A DNA stretch of 64,000 bases from Escherichia coli (GTDB taxonomy: Bacteria; Pseudomonadota; Gammaproteobacteria; Enterobacterales; Enterobacteriaceae): assembly GCF_013122565.1 (NCBI RefSeq), contig NZ_CP053258.1; one strand, written 5' to 3'. Made by a program: the position numbers and the translations under genes. Positions 23,864 to 36,535 of the stretch are shown here, in pieces; position 1 is the stretch's first letter; every line of letters starts with the position of its first letter. The notes below the pieces were generated by a model that did no database searches, was not told the origin of the DNA, and saw nothing but the letters and a program-made list of their open reading frames with translations.

Positions 23864-25228
23864 TTACGTGCAGATTTCGTAGCAAGGGATGTAGGCTGAG
23901 CCTGGCAACTTCATACGATGCTGGGCAACAAAACCCTGTAGCAGGTCGTCCATACGACGCATAATCTCTTTATCGCCGTTGATTTTGTAAGGACCAAACT
24001 CTTCAATGGCGCGAATACCGACTTCTTTTACGTTACCCGCCACAATACCGGAGAACGCACGGCGCAGATCGGCAGCCAGCACTTCAACAGGTTGATCCGG
24101 GTAAAGCTTCAGATTAGCCATATTCTCGTGAGACGGCTCAAACGGCATTTGCAAATCTGGTGCAATGCGCATTGACCAGTTAAAGCTGTAAGCGTCACCA
24201 GTGTCGCGGCGATTTTCTTTCACCAGCGGCATCGATTTTTTCATCTGACGAGCGACTTCAGCGGCGTCATCAATGATGATGCGGTAATGGCGGCGCGCGT
24301 TTTCGCCCAGCGTATGTACGACAAACTCGTCCAGTACGCGGAAGTAGTCGGCGCTCTCTTTCGGGCCGGTGAGGATCAATGGTAAAACCTGATCTTTGTT
24401 GGCCGGGTTCATTAAAATTCCCAGCAAATACAGCAACTCTTCTGCCGTACCCACACCGCCAGGGAAGATAATGATGCCGTGAGCGATACGGACAAACGCT
24501 TCCAGACGTTTTTCGATATCCGGCATGATGATCAATTCGTTGACCAGCGGGTTAGGCGGTTCAGCGGCGATAATCGACGGCTCTGTCATACCAATAAAAC
24601 GACTGTCTTTGTAACGCTGCTGCGCGTGTCCGACCGCAGCACCTTTCATCGGCGCTTCCATCGCTCCCGGACCACAGCCGGTGCAGATATTCAGCTCACG
24701 CAGGCCCAGCTGGTTTCCGACGCGACGGGCATACAAATACTCATTTTCGTTAATTGAGTGACCGCCCCAGCAGACCACCATATTTGGCGCTTCACCCACA
24801 TGCAGCGCGCGAGCGTTACGCAAGATGGAAAAGACCAGGTTAGTGATGTGGACGGAGTTGTCGAGATTCAGGTTGGGAAAACGAACGGTATTATGGATTT
24901 GCCCGTAAACGAAGAGAATGTCTCGCAGAACCGCGAACAAGTTGGCCTGCAAAGCGCGAATAATTCGCCCATCGACAAAAGCCTCTTCCGGGGGATTAAT
25001 CAGTTCCAGCTTTACGCCGCGTTCACGGCGCAGGACGTTAATATCGAAATTTTCAAAACGAGACAGCAATTCTTTGCTGTTATCGGTCAAACTACCGGAG
25101 TTCAGTACGGCAAGTGAACAGTTGCGAAACAGTTGATAGAGGTCGCTGCTGGCGGTGCGTTTAAGCATATCCACTTCCAGCTGCGACAACATATCCATGG
25201 AGCCAAGCGGGCTAATATGTGTAATCAA
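23864..25228 (-). CDS. ppnN: Pyrimidine/purine nucleotide 5'-monophosphate nucleosidase PpnN (YgdH, LOG family)
   Basis: 454 aa. Synteny. Confidence 0.93.
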
Positions 25229-25339
25229 GAAAAACTCCTTATGGGACGAATATCGTCATTCCCTTTGATTACAATAGCCCTGCCTGATGACCTTTCACAA
25301 CCTTCTGCGTGAATCCAGCACGCAAAATTGAGAAAAAAT

Positions 25340-26188
25340 TTATTGCCGAACCAGTCTTGTGGTCGATGGGACAAAATCGCTATTACTGCGCCACGGGTTA
25401 ATGTCCAGACCGCCACGACGGGTATAACGTGCGTAAACGCTCAATTTCTCTGGCTGGCAGAAGCGTAACAGGTCATTAAAGATGCGTTCCACGCACTGTT
25501 CGTGGAACTCGTTGTGATGACGGAATGAGACCAGGTAACGCAGCAGTTTTTCTCTGTCAATTTGGCGTCCACGATACTGAATTTGGATCGAACCCCAATC
25601 TGGTTGATGGGTGATCAGGCAGTTTGATTTCAGCAGGTGGCTGACAAGCGTCTCTTCCACTACTTTTTCACCACAGGTGGCATTCTCCAGATAGTCAGTA
25701 GTGAATTCATAGTTATCGATAGTGATATCCAGGTCATCAATGCAGGTGCCATTGAAATGACCTATCGGCTGGCCTTCCAGTTCATCAAGACGATATAACG
25801 CCACGCTAACCTTACCCTGAGCGCAAGTGCTTAAGTCGCGCTCCAGCGTCTGGCGCACCTCATCCCAGTTATTAAAACGCGTCTGGTTAAAACTGTTGAG
25901 ATAAAGCTTAAAACTCTTCGACTCAATCAGATTTACGCTGGTGTAATCAAGTTCAACGTGACCGACGGCGACCTGCGGCAAACCTTTCGCATTCAGCCAG
26001 GAAAGTTCATACAGCGTCCAGATATCCGTACCGTGAAAAGGCAGGTTATCCGCTTTCAGACCCAGCGGGTCGCGATTCAGGCTGCGTGGAACGCCTTGCA
26101 GTAGGCTGGCGTCATAGGTATCCCGGTAATCGGTTGATTTTCCAAGAGTCAGGCCCGCAAGTGCCTGATGGTTTGCATAAGAAGACAT
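25340..26188 (-). CDS. queF: NADPH-dependent 7-cyano-7-deazaguanine reductase QueF
   Basis: 282 aa. Confidence 0.95.
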   Translation of the reverse strand: MSSYANHQALAGLTLGKSTDYRDTYDASLLQGVPRSLNRDPLGLKADNLPFHGTDIWTLYELSWLNAKGLPQVAVGHVELDYTSVNLIESKSFKLYLNSFNQTRFNNWDEVRQTLERDLSTCAQGKVSVALYRLDELEGQPIGHFNGTCIDDLDITIDNYEFTTDYLENATCGEKVVEETLVSHLLKSNCLITHQPDWGSIQIQYRGRQIDREKLLRYLVSFRHHNEFHEQCVERIFNDLLRFCQPEKLSVYARYTRRGGLDINPWRSNSDFVPSTTRLVRQ

Positions 26189-26255
26189 GTTTCACCGTCA
26201 TAAACCAGATAAACTAAACGACAAGTGTATCTGGTTTAAGTGAAGAGAGAAATTA

Positions 26256-26801
26256 GTGGACGATTTGACCGCACAAGCCCTGAAAGATTTTACTGCACGC
26301 TACTGCGATGCGTGGCATGAAGAGCATAAAAGCTGGCCGTTAAGTGAGGAACTGTACGGCGTTCCTTCACCGTGCATTATTTCAACTACTGAAGATGCCG
26401 TATACTGGCAACCCCAGCCGTTTACCGGGGAACAAAATGTAAACGCGGTTGAACGCGCTTTTGATATTGTGATACAACCCACAATTCATACCTTTTATAC
26501 GACTCAGTTTGCCGGGGATATGCACGCGCAGTTTGGCGATATCAAACTGACATTGCTGCAAACCTGGAGTGAAGACGACTTCCGTCGGGTGCAGGAAAAT
26601 CTGATTGGTCATCTGGTGACTCAGAAAAGGCTAAAACTGCCGCCCACGCTATTTATCGCGACGCTGGAAGAAGAGTTAGAGGTCATCTCGGTGTGTAATC
26701 TCTCCGGTGAAGTGTGCAAAGAGACGCTGGGAACACGTAAACGGGCGCATTTAGCCTCAAATCTTGCGGAATTCCTTAATCAACTTAAGCCTCTTCTGTA
26801 A
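26256..26801 (+). CDS. syd: SecY-interacting protein Syd
   Basis: 181 aa. Confidence 0.93.
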   Translation: MDDLTAQALKDFTARYCDAWHEEHKSWPLSEELYGVPSPCIISTTEDAVYWQPQPFTGEQNVNAVERAFDIVIQPTIHTFYTTQFAGDMHAQFGDIKLTLLQTWSEDDFRRVQENLIGHLVTQKRLKLPPTLFIATLEEELEVISVCNLSGEVCKETLGTRKRAHLASNLAEFLNQLKPLL

Positions 26802-26820
26802 TCCAAATACCCCATCTGGT

Positions 26821-26838
26821 TGTAAGAGATCTCTTACA
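26821..26838. promoter_or_regulatory. UvrY (BarA/UvrY) binding inverted repeat upstream of csrB
   Basis: Perfect 18-bp palindrome tgtaagagatctcttaca, about 190 bp upstream of the csrB 5' end. Confidence 0.75.
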
Positions 26839-27011
26839 GACTCTGTAGGAGATCGCCAGGAAATAAGCGAATACTTAAAAAGATAAGAATCGTTGTTTTC
26901 ATTTAAAAACAACATGTTGCTTGTTAATTCCTAACTTTCATATGAAATTTTCCTTAAGGCATTGTCTGTAAGCGCCTTGTAAGACTTCGCGAAAAAGACG
27001 ATTCTATCTTC

Positions 27012-27377
27012 GTCGACAGGGAGTCAGACAACGAAGTGAACATCAGGATGATGACACTTCTGAAGGACACACCAGGATGGTGTTTCAGGGAAAGGCTTCT
27101 GGATGAAGCGAAGAGGATGACGCAGGACGCGTTAAAGGACACCTCCAGGATGGAGAATGAGAACCGGTCAGGATGATCCGGTGGGTCAGGAAGGCCAGGG
27201 ACACTTCAGGATGAAGTATCACATCGGGGTGGTGTGAGCAGGAAGCAATAGTTCAGGATGAACGATTGGCCGCAAGGCCAGAGGAAAAGTTGTCAAGGAT
27301 GAGCAGGGAGCAACAAAAGTAGCTGGAATGCTGCGAAACGAACCGGGAGCACTGTGAATACAGTGCTCCCTTTTTTT
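27012..27377 (+). ncRNA. csrB: CsrB sRNA (CsrA-sequestering)
   Basis: About 366 nt with roughly 18 GGA-containing motifs (caggatg, aaggaca, caggaag). Ends in hairpin gggagcactgtgaatacagtgctccc plus T7. Sits between syd and yqcC as in K-12. The 5' end is approximate, +/-5 nt. Confidence 0.92.
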
Positions 27378-27422
27378 ATTCCTGCTATCCTTCGCGGCAG
27401 TTTTTCTTATTGAGGTTGCTTT

Positions 27423-27752
27423 ATGACCACTCATGACCGCGTTCGTCTCCAGTTGCAGGCGCTTGAAGCGTTACTGCGTGAACATCAGCACTGGCGAAAC
27501 GATGAACCCCAGCCGCATCAATTTAACAGTACCCAACCGTTCTTTATGGACACCATGGAACCACTGGAGTGGTTGCAGTGGGTGCTGATCCCGCGAATGC
27601 ACGATTTGTTAAATAACAACCAGCCGTTACCGGGCGCTTTTGCTGTTGCACCCTATTATGAAATGGCGCTGGCGACGGACCATCCGCAACGCGCGCTTAT
27701 TCTGGCTGAGTTGGAAAAACTGGATGCTCTTTTTGCGGATGATGCGAGCTAA
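27423..27752 (+). CDS. yqcC: DUF446 protein YqcC
   Basis: 109 aa. Synteny. Confidence 0.9.
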   Translation: MTTHDRVRLQLQALEALLREHQHWRNDEPQPHQFNSTQPFFMDTMEPLEWLQWVLIPRMHDLLNNNQPLPGAFAVAPYYEMALATDHPQRALILAELEKLDALFADDAS

Positions 27753-28534
27753 TGCTGGAAATACTCTATCAGGATGAATGGCTGGTTGCGGTAAATAAAC
27801 CCTCCGGCTGGCTGGTTCACCGCAGCTGGCTGGATCGCGACGAGAAAGTAGTGGTCATGCAAACCGTGCGTGACCAGATAGGCCAGCATGTTTTTACTGC
27901 TCATCGTCTGGACCGACCCACTTCTGGTGTGTTGTTGATGGGATTATCCAGCGAGGCCGGACGGCTGCTGGCACAACAGTTTGAACAGCACCAAATCCAG
28001 AAACGTTACCATGCGATTGTGCGCGGCTGGTTGATGGAAGAAGCGGTGCTGGATTATCCACTGGTGGAAGAACTGGACAAAATCGCTGATAAATTTGCCC
28101 GCGAAGATAAAGGCCCGCAGCCAGCAGTGACGCATTATCGCGGTCTGGCGACCGTAGAAATGCCGGTAGCGACCGGACGTTACCCGACCACGCGCTACGG
28201 CCTGGTGGAACTGGAGCCGAAAACCGGACGCAAACATCAGCTTCGCCGACATCTTGCCCATTTGCGTCATCCGATTATTGGCGATAGCAAACATGGCGAT
28301 TTACGCCAGAATCGCAGCGGTGCTGAGCATTTTGGTCTTCAGCGGTTAATGCTGCATGCCAGTCAGTTGTCATTGACGCATCCTTTTACTGGCGAGCCGC
28401 TGACTATTCACGCGGGCCTGGACGACACCTGGATGCAGGCGTTATCACAATTTGGCTGGCGCGGTCTGCTTCCTGAAAATGAAAGGGTTGAGTTCAGTGC
28501 GCCATCGGGTCAGGATGGAGAGATAAGTTCCTAA
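27752..28534 (+). CDS. truC: tRNA pseudouridine(65) synthase TruC
   Basis: 260 aa, RluA family with the catalytic Asp motif HRLD. Confidence 0.93.
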
Positions 28535-28551
28535 TCCAGGGAGAAAACGGT

Positions 28552-29001
28552 ATGGCGGAAATTGGTATTTTTGTCGGCACCATGTACGGAAATTCGCTGT
28601 TAGTGGCGGAAGAAGCAGAAGCAATTCTGACCGCACAGGGCCACAAAGCAACGGTATTTGAAGATCCTGAATTAAGCGACTGGCTGCCCTATCAGGATAA
28701 GTATGTTCTGGTGGTTACGTCCACGACCGGGCAGGGCGACCTTCCTGATAGCATTGTGCCGCTCTTTCAGGGAATCAAAGATAGTCTGGGCTTCCAGCCG
28801 AATCTGCGTTATGGCGTGATTGCGCTCGGCGACAGCAGTTATGTAAATTTCTGCAATGGCGGCAAACAGTTCGATGCCTTGTTGCAGGAACAGAGCGCTC
28901 AGCGGGTTGGCGAAATGCTGTTGATTGACGCCAGTGAGAACCCGGAACCGGAAACGGAATCAAATCCGTGGGTCGAACAGTGGGGCACGCTGTTGTCCTG
29001 A
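28552..29001 (+). CDS. yqcA: Flavodoxin-like protein YqcA
   Basis: 149 aa. Confidence 0.9.
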
Positions 29002-29435
29002 TATGTTCAGCGAGCGGTAAATGCCGTTTTAGCGGTGCTGAATCGAATCTTTTCAGGCAAATGCCAGTAAAAACTGCTTCATAGCGCGGATTTTTACTGG
29101 CGTTTGCCTGGAGTCAAGCGATCCATTTCATACTCTTCTTTATTTCTTCGTTTTAACCCTTCCTTTCTTGTTCTTGTTTTCATTTCCGTGAAGTGGATTC
29201 CACCGTCCAGGGCTAATGCCAAAATCGGGCCTCATTGAACGCATTAATGTTGTGTTGTTGCACGGTGAGCCGCTATGGCGCGCTTTTTATACTGCTATTG
29301 CCAGATATAAACACGCGCCGTATTCGGCGAACGACCTATAAAAACGGCAAAAAACACCCTACGTCACCTCTGATTTCCTGGCGATGTCGCAGTCCAGAGT
29401 GAGCGTGGCTAACGCGAATTTTCAGGAGTGCAACA

Positions 29436-30788
29436 ATGAGTTCTTTAAGTCAGGCTGCGAGCAGTGTGGAAAAACGCACGAATGCTCGTTACTGGATAGT
29501 GGTGATGTTGTTTATCGTCACATCCTTCAACTACGGCGACCGCGCTACGCTTTCTATTGCCGGTTCGGAAATGGCCAAAGATATCGGCCTTGATCCCGTG
29601 GGAATGGGCTATGTGTTCTCTGCCTTCTCATGGGCTTATGTTATAGGGCAGATCCCTGGTGGTTGGTTGCTGGATCGTTTTGGTTCAAAACGCGTCTACT
29701 TCTGGTCGATCTTTATCTGGTCGATGTTTACCTTGCTGCAAGGCTTCGTCGATATCTTTAGTGGATTCGGCATTATCGTTGCCCTGTTTACTCTGCGCTT
29801 CCTGGTCGGGCTTGCTGAAGCGCCATCTTTCCCCGGCAACAGTCGCATTGTTGCGGCCTGGTTTCCGGCGCAGGAAAGGGGAACGGCGGTGTCGATTTTT
29901 AACTCCGCTCAATACTTCGCAACGGTGATCTTCGCGCCGATTATGGGCTGGCTGACGCATGAAGTGGGCTGGTCACACGTCTTCTTCTTTATGGGCGGTC
30001 TGGGCATTGTCATCAGCTTTATCTGGTTGAAAGTCATCCACGAGCCAAATCAACATCCGGGGGTAAATCAGAAAGAGCTGGAGTATATCGCCGCGGGTGG
30101 CGCGCTGATCAATATGGATCAGCAAAACACCAAAGTTAAAGTGCCATTCAGCGTGAAGTGGGGACAGATCAAACAACTGCTCGGGTCACGGATGATGATC
30201 GGCGTTTATATTGGTCAGTACTGTATCAACGCCCTGACTTACTTTTTCATTACCTGGTTCCCGGTTTATCTGGTGCAGGCGCGTGGGATGTCGATTCTGA
30301 AAGCGGGCTTTGTGGCTTCCGTTCCGGCGGTTTGCGGTTTTATCGGCGGTGTGCTGGGTGGGATTATTTCCGACTGGCTGATGCGCCGCACGGGATCGCT
30401 GAACATTGCGCGTAAAACACCGATCGTAATGGGCATGTTGCTGTCGATGGTGATGGTGTTCTGCAACTACGTCAACGTTGAGTGGATGATCATCGGCTTT
30501 ATGGCGCTGGCCTTCTTCGGTAAGGGCATCGGGGCGCTGGGTTGGGCAGTAATGGCAGATACCGCGCCAAAAGAGATCAGCGGTCTTTCAGGTGGCCTGT
30601 TCAACATGTTCGGTAACATTTCTGGCATCGTCACGCCAATCGCAATTGGTTATATCGTTGGCACGACTGGCTCGTTTAATGGGGCGCTGATTTATGTTGG
30701 TGTTCATGCCTTAATCGCGGTACTGAGCTACCTGGTACTGGTGGGCGATATCAAGCGTATCGAGCTGAAACCTGTCGCGGGGCAATAA
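29436..30788 (+). CDS. gudP: Glucarate/galactarate MFS transporter GudP
   Basis: 450 aa. Confidence 0.93.
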   Translation: MSSLSQAASSVEKRTNARYWIVVMLFIVTSFNYGDRATLSIAGSEMAKDIGLDPVGMGYVFSAFSWAYVIGQIPGGWLLDRFGSKRVYFWSIFIWSMFTLLQGFVDIFSGFGIIVALFTLRFLVGLAEAPSFPGNSRIVAAWFPAQERGTAVSIFNSAQYFATVIFAPIMGWLTHEVGWSHVFFFMGGLGIVISFIWLKVIHEPNQHPGVNQKELEYIAAGGALINMDQQNTKVKVPFSVKWGQIKQLLGSRMMIGVYIGQYCINALTYFFITWFPVYLVQARGMSILKAGFVASVPAVCGFIGGVLGGIISDWLMRRTGSLNIARKTPIVMGMLLSMVMVFCNYVNVEWMIIGFMALAFFGKGIGALGWAVMADTAPKEISGLSGGLFNMFGNISGIVTPIAIGYIVGTTGSFNGALIYVGVHALIAVLSYLVLVGDIKRIELKPVAGQ

Positions 30789-30789
30789 G

Positions 30790-32130
30790 ATGACGACACA
30801 ATCCAGTCCTGTTATTACTGATATGAAAGTCATTCCGGTCGCCGGACATGACAGCATGTTGCTCAATATTGGTGGTGCGCATAACGCATACTTCACCCGC
30901 AATATCGTGGTACTCACCGATAATGCCGGGCATACCAGCATTGGTGAAGCGCCGGGCGGAGAGGTGATTTATCAAACACTGGTCGAAGCTATTCCGATGG
31001 TGCTGGGCCAGGAAGTTGCGCGCCTGAATAAAGTGGTTCAGCAGGTGCATAAAGGTAATCAGGCCGCCGATTTTGATACCTTCGGTAAAGGTGCCTGGAC
31101 CTTTGAATTGCGCGTTAATACCGTGGCGGCGCTGGAAGCCGCCTTGCTTGACCTGCTAGGTAAGGCGCTGAATGTTCCGGTCTGCGAACTGTTAGGGCCA
31201 GGCAAGCAACGCGATGCTATTACCGTCCTCGGTTATCTGTTTTATATCGGTGATCGGACCAAAACCGATCTTCCTTATCTGGAAAATACGCCGGGCAACC
31301 ATGAGTGGTATCAGTTGCGCCATCAGAAAGCGATGAACAGCGAAGCCGTTGTGCGTCTGGCGGAAGCCTCACAGGATCGCTACGGCTTTAAAGATTTCAA
31401 ACTTAAGGGCGGCGTGTTACCTGGCGAGCAAGAAATCGACACTGTTCGTGCATTGAAGAAACGCTTCCCGGATGCGCGGATTACCGTTGATCCCAACGGT
31501 GCATGGCTGCTTGATGAAGCCATTTCTCTGTGCAAAGGGCTGAATGATGTTCTTACCTATGCCGAAGATCCATGCGGCGCAGAACAGGGCTTCTCCGGAC
31601 GTGAAGTGATGGCGGAGTTTCGGCGGGCGACCGGCTTGCCCGTCGCGACTAATATGATCGCCACCAACTGGCGCGAAATGGGTCATGCGGTGATGCTCAA
31701 TGCGGTAGATATTCCACTTGCCGATCCGCACTTCTGGACGCTTTCCGGTGCAGTCCGAGTGGCGCAGCTTTGCGACGACTGGGGGCTGACCTGGGGCTGC
31801 CATTCCAACAACCATTTCGATATCTCTCTGGCGATGTTTACCCATGTGGGCGCGGCGGCACCGGGTAATCCTACCGCTATCGATACCCACTGGATTTGGC
31901 AGGAGGGCGATTGTCGCCTGACCCAAAATCCGCTGGAGATTAAAAACGGAAAAATTGCCGTTCCTGATGCGCCCGGTCTGGGCGTGGAACTGGACTGGGA
32001 ACAGGTACAAAAGGCACATGAGGCCTATAAACGTCTGCCTGGCGGTGCGCGTAACGACGCAGGCCCGATGCAGTACCTGATCCCCGGCTGGACCTTTGAC
32101 CGTAAACGTCCCGTTTTCGGCCGTCATTGA
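30790..32130 (+). CDS. gudX: Glucarate dehydratase-related protein GudX (enolase superfamily)
   Basis: 446 aa, paralogous to the following gene. Confidence 0.93.
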   Translation: MTTQSSPVITDMKVIPVAGHDSMLLNIGGAHNAYFTRNIVVLTDNAGHTSIGEAPGGEVIYQTLVEAIPMVLGQEVARLNKVVQQVHKGNQAADFDTFGKGAWTFELRVNTVAALEAALLDLLGKALNVPVCELLGPGKQRDAITVLGYLFYIGDRTKTDLPYLENTPGNHEWYQLRHQKAMNSEAVVRLAEASQDRYGFKDFKLKGGVLPGEQEIDTVRALKKRFPDARITVDPNGAWLLDEAISLCKGLNDVLTYAEDPCGAEQGFSGREVMAEFRRATGLPVATNMIATNWREMGHAVMLNAVDIPLADPHFWTLSGAVRVAQLCDDWGLTWGCHSNNHFDISLAMFTHVGAAAPGNPTAIDTHWIWQEGDCRLTQNPLEIKNGKIAVPDAPGLGVELDWEQVQKAHEAYKRLPGGARNDAGPMQYLIPGWTFDRKRPVFGRH

Positions 32131-32150
32131 TTCTGAAAAAGGACATAAAT

Positions 32151-33491
32151 ATGAGTTCTCAATTTACGACGCCTGTTGTTACTGAAATGCAGGTCATCCC
32201 GGTGGCGGGCCATGACAGTATGCTGATGAATCTGAGTGGTGCACACGCACCGTTCTTCACGCGTAATATTGTGATTATCAAAGATAATTCTGGTCACACT
32301 GGCGTAGGGGAAATTCCCGGCGGCGAGAAAATCCGTAAAACGCTGGAAGATGCGATTCCGCTGGTAGTGGGTAAAACGCTGGGTGAATACAAAAACGTTC
32401 TGACGCTGGTGCGTAATACTTTTGCCGATCGTGATGCCGGCGGGCGCGGTTTGCAGACATTTGATTTGCGTACCACTATTCATGTAGTTACCGGGATAGA
32501 AGCGGCAATGCTGGATCTGCTGGGGCAGCATCTGGGGGTTAACGTGGCATCCCTGCTGGGCGATGGTCAACAGCGTAGCGAAGTCGAAATGCTCGGTTAT
32601 CTGTTCTTCGTCGGTAATCGCAAAGCCACACCACTGCCGTATCAAAGCCAGCCGGATGACTCATGCGACTGGTATCGCCTGCGTCATGAAGAAGCGATGA
32701 CGCCGGATGCGGTAGTGCGCCTGGCGGAAGCGGCATATGAAAAATATGGCTTCAACGATTTCAAACTGAAGGGCGGTGTACTGGCCGGGGAAGAAGAAGC
32801 CGAGTCTATTGTGGCACTGGCGAAACGCTTCCCACAGGCGCGTATTACGCTCGATCCTAACGGTGCCTGGTCGCTGAACGAAGCGATTAAAATCGGTAAA
32901 TACCTGAAAGGTTCGCTGGCTTATGCAGAAGATCCGTGTGGTGCGGAGCAAGGTTTCTCCGGGCGTGAAGTGATGGCAGAGTTCCGTCGCGCAACTGGCC
33001 TGCCAACCGCAACCAATATGATCGCCACCGACTGGCGGCAGATGGGCCATACGCTCTCGTTACAATCCGTTGATATCCCGCTGGCGGATCCGCATTTCTG
33101 GACGATGCAAGGTTCGGTACGTGTGGCGCAAATGTGCCATGAATTTGGCCTGACCTGGGGTTCACACTCTAACAACCACTTCGATATTTCCCTGGCGATG
33201 TTTACCCATGTTGCCGCAGCTGCACCGGGTAAAATTACCGCTATTGATACACACTGGATCTGGCAGGAAGGCAATCAGCGCCTGACTAAAGAACCGTTTG
33301 AGATCAAAGGCGGGCTGGTACAGGTGCCAGAAAAACCGGGGCTGGGTGTAGAAATCGATATGGATCAAGTGATGAAAGCCCATGAGCTGTATCAGAAACA
33401 CGGGCTTGGCGCGCGTGACGATGCGATGGGAATGCAGTACCTGATTCCTGGCTGGACGTTCGATAACAAGCGTCCGTGCATGGTGCGTTAA
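32151..33491 (+). CDS. gudD: D-glucarate dehydratase GudD
   Basis: 446 aa from the internal ATG ([17 protein letters not shown]) with SD aagga. The track ORF starts 8 codons upstream. Confidence 0.93.
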   Translation: MSSQFTTPVVTEMQVIPVAGHDSMLMNLSGAHAPFFTRNIVIIKDNSGHTGVGEIPGGEKIRKTLEDAIPLVVGKTLGEYKNVLTLVRNTFADRDAGGRGLQTFDLRTTIHVVTGIEAAMLDLLGQHLGVNVASLLGDGQQRSEVEMLGYLFFVGNRKATPLPYQSQPDDSCDWYRLRHEEAMTPDAVVRLAEAAYEKYGFNDFKLKGGVLAGEEEAESIVALAKRFPQARITLDPNGAWSLNEAIKIGKYLKGSLAYAEDPCGAEQGFSGREVMAEFRRATGLPTATNMIATDWRQMGHTLSLQSVDIPLADPHFWTMQGSVRVAQMCHEFGLTWGSHSNNHFDISLAMFTHVAAAAPGKITAIDTHWIWQEGNQRLTKEPFEIKGGLVQVPEKPGLGVEIDMDQVMKAHELYQKHGLGARDDAMGMQYLIPGWTFDNKRPCMVR

Positions 33492-33612
33492 GACAGAATA
33501 CCAAAACCGGCTCTATCTGGAGCCGGTTTGAGACTGATGCTAAACGCAAAATAGCCTGTTGTGCTATGTATCAGGTCTACATCATTTTTTAATTCATTGA
33601 ATTTAATTGGTT

Positions 33613-33650
33613 TTGTAGGCCGGATAAGGCGTTAACGCCGCATCCGGCAT
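33613..33650. repeat. REP element between gudD and barA
   Basis: ttgtaggccggataaggcgttaacgccgcatccggcat. Confidence 0.7.
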
Positions 33651-33722
33651 AAACACAGGCACTTTGTCACCAATCTGAAACCAGCGTCATAAAAAGCCGA
33701 TTGCTACTCGACAAGACGTCCG

Positions 33723-36479
33723 TTACCCGAGAATTTTGCTGGCTTCGCGCGCGACATTATCCATCTCGTCCAACAGTTCCAGCAGCTCCGGCTCCAAATC
33801 TTCTTCTTTAGTACCGCTACGTAGCTGTTGTTCGATCAGTTGGCAGAGATTCTTCATACGCGGCACACCGCTATAGCCGCAACTGCCATGCAGTTTATGA
33901 ATCAAATCAACCAGGCCTTCCGGGTTTTCTCCAACCAGCTGTTCCTCAACTTTGTTGCGAACTTCAGGCAGGAAATCGAGTAACATTTGCAGCATATCGC
34001 GCGCTAAATCGGTTTTTCCTGCTGCCTGGCGTAGTGCCAGTTGCCAGTCGAGGGTCGCATTCGGGTTCACCACAATTTCGTTGACTTCGGGCGTCACGAC
34101 GCGAGAGGAAATACCGCTGCCAGGCTTGTAGCGCAACAACAAATTATGCAATCGCTCTTCTTCAATCGGTTTCGCCAGATAATCGCTCATCCCTGCGCCA
34201 AGCAGCTTCTCTTTTTGCCCGGCCATTGCATGCGCCGTTACCGCGATAACCGGCGTTTGTTGCTGATGGGGGAGCTGGTGGATGAGCTCGCAGGCCCGAA
34301 TGCCATCCATGTCCGGCATTTGAATATCCATTAAGATCAAATCGAACGGCATCTGTTTCGCCCGTTCAACCGCCTGATGCCCGCTATCGCAAAGTTCCAC
34401 ATGTTGCACCATATCTTCCAGCAATGCGCCGATAAGTTTCAGGTTAGCGGGGTTGTCATCAACCGCCATGACTGTCATTGCCAGCTTACTTTCATCGGTT
34501 ACAGGCAAAAGCGTGTTTTGTTTGTGATGACAAAATTCCGTCAGGGCAGGCAACAGGCGCGTAGGTGTTAATGGTTTCAGCAGACACGCGCCGATACCAT
34601 CTTGCTTAAGTTTTTCAGCATTGACTTGTGCATGGCAAGGAAGTGCCAGCATCAGGAAATCGGTCATCGATACCGCTTTCGCTAATCGCTCATGTTGCAT
34701 TGTTAGCGGCTCGCGGAAGGTCACCGCGATGCCTAACAACATCATGTCGTAATGCGCGGGAGGCAGCGCGGAGAACGTTGGGCTATAAACCACTTCCAGC
34801 GGCGTTTCACTTAAAATATCCAGCGTGCATTGCGCTGCTGCGGAGTTTGGTTCGACATAGGCCAGGCGCTTACCTGCGAGGCACTGGGTGGATGGCCCTT
34901 CGATAATAATGTTCGGGTTCAGATCGAGATTAATGTGGAACCAGAAAGTTGAACCGCGATTTGGCTGGCTATGGAACGAAATATCGCCGCCCATTTCATT
35001 AACCAGTTTTTGTGTAATCACCAGCCCCAGCCCGGTGCCACCATGACGGCGGGAAATACTGGCATCAGCCTGTCGGAAGGCCTGGAATAAGCGCGATTGA
35101 TCGCGTTCAGGAATACCAATGCCGGTATCCCGAATCTGCACTTCAATCTGCACTTTGGTATTACTCAGCGCACGTTTTTCTACCAGAATATCAATGTTGC
35201 CATTCTCGGTGAATTTAATTGCATTCCCCACCAGGTTAGTGATGATTTGCTGTAATCGCAGTGGGTCGCCGATCACGTTATCAGGCACGTCGCTTTTAAT
35301 ATTGAGCGTCAGTTCCAACCCTTTATCGTGAGAAGAATGTGCCAGCAGAGTAACGACTTCATCCAGCGTGCTGCGTAGTGGGAATGGAATACTTTCCAGA
35401 ATCAGCTTACCTGCTTCCAGTTTCGAGAAGTCGAGAACATCATTAATAATTGCCAGCAAATTATTTGCTGAACGTTCAATCGTATTCAGGTGATCGCGCT
35501 GCGTTGGTGTTAATTCTGTTTTCAGTGTCAGGCGGGTAAAGCCAATAACACCATTCAGTGGTGTACGCAGCTCGTGTGACATATTTGCCAGAAACTCGGA
35601 TTTAATACGCGCCGCTTCCTGGGCGCGCTTTTTCGCCAGATCCAACTCAACGTTCTGAATTTCCATCTGCTCCAGCGTTTCACGCAGATCGGACGTCGCC
35701 TGGTCGATATTGTGCTGCATCTCTTCGTGATAAGCAGCCAGCGACATTGCCATCGAGTTGATACCGTTTTTCAGCATATCCAGCTCGCCGAGCATAAATC
35801 CTTCCACCCGGCTGTCGAGTTGCCCGCGACGGATGCGGTCGACGGTATTCACCATGTTGCGAATCGGACCGGTTACATCGCGCATTAAGCGCCAGCCAAA
35901 AATAAGCGCAATACCGATACAAAACAGCATCATCACGCTGGAAATAAAGATCTCTTTATATTGCTGCAAGCGAACCGATTTAAGATCCAGCTCAAGCGCA
36001 ATATATCCCAACATATTTTGACTATTTTTGGCATCGCTACTGGGCGATTCGTCGGGGGAATAACTCTCAGAAATAATCGGCGTGCGGAGGATCATAATAT
36101 CGCCGTCACGAGTGACAGTGAGCTGGCGAGGAAACGGCACGTTGCTGCCGAGCTGCATTGATGAGGGATCAAGATGAAAATTGGAGGTGACAAAGAGTCG
36201 GTTATTTTCATCATAAACCGAAATCGCGCGAACAATATCAGAATGGCGACGATGCAGTACGCTTATTAACTGACCGATAGATTCGCGATTTTGCAGGCTC
36301 ATGCCATATTCAGTAGAAACTGCAAGCGGCTCAATAATGCTGGCACCGGCATCTTCCAGTTGACGCTGCAAGTCGTTATAGCGATGCACGACGAAAAAGA
36401 TACTCAGCAATAAACCAATAAGGACGGTCGGTGCCAGGATCAGAATCATCATGCGTGCGCGCAGGCTGTAGTTGGTCAT
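33723..36479 (-). CDS. barA: Hybrid sensor histidine kinase BarA
   Basis: 918 aa with HAMP, HisKA/HATPase, receiver and HPt domains. Confidence 0.95.
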
Positions 36480-36535
36480 GGAGTTCCGTTATGGGACAAT
36501 TAAGGTCACACTGTTAAATTGAGAAAGTCTCGCCA

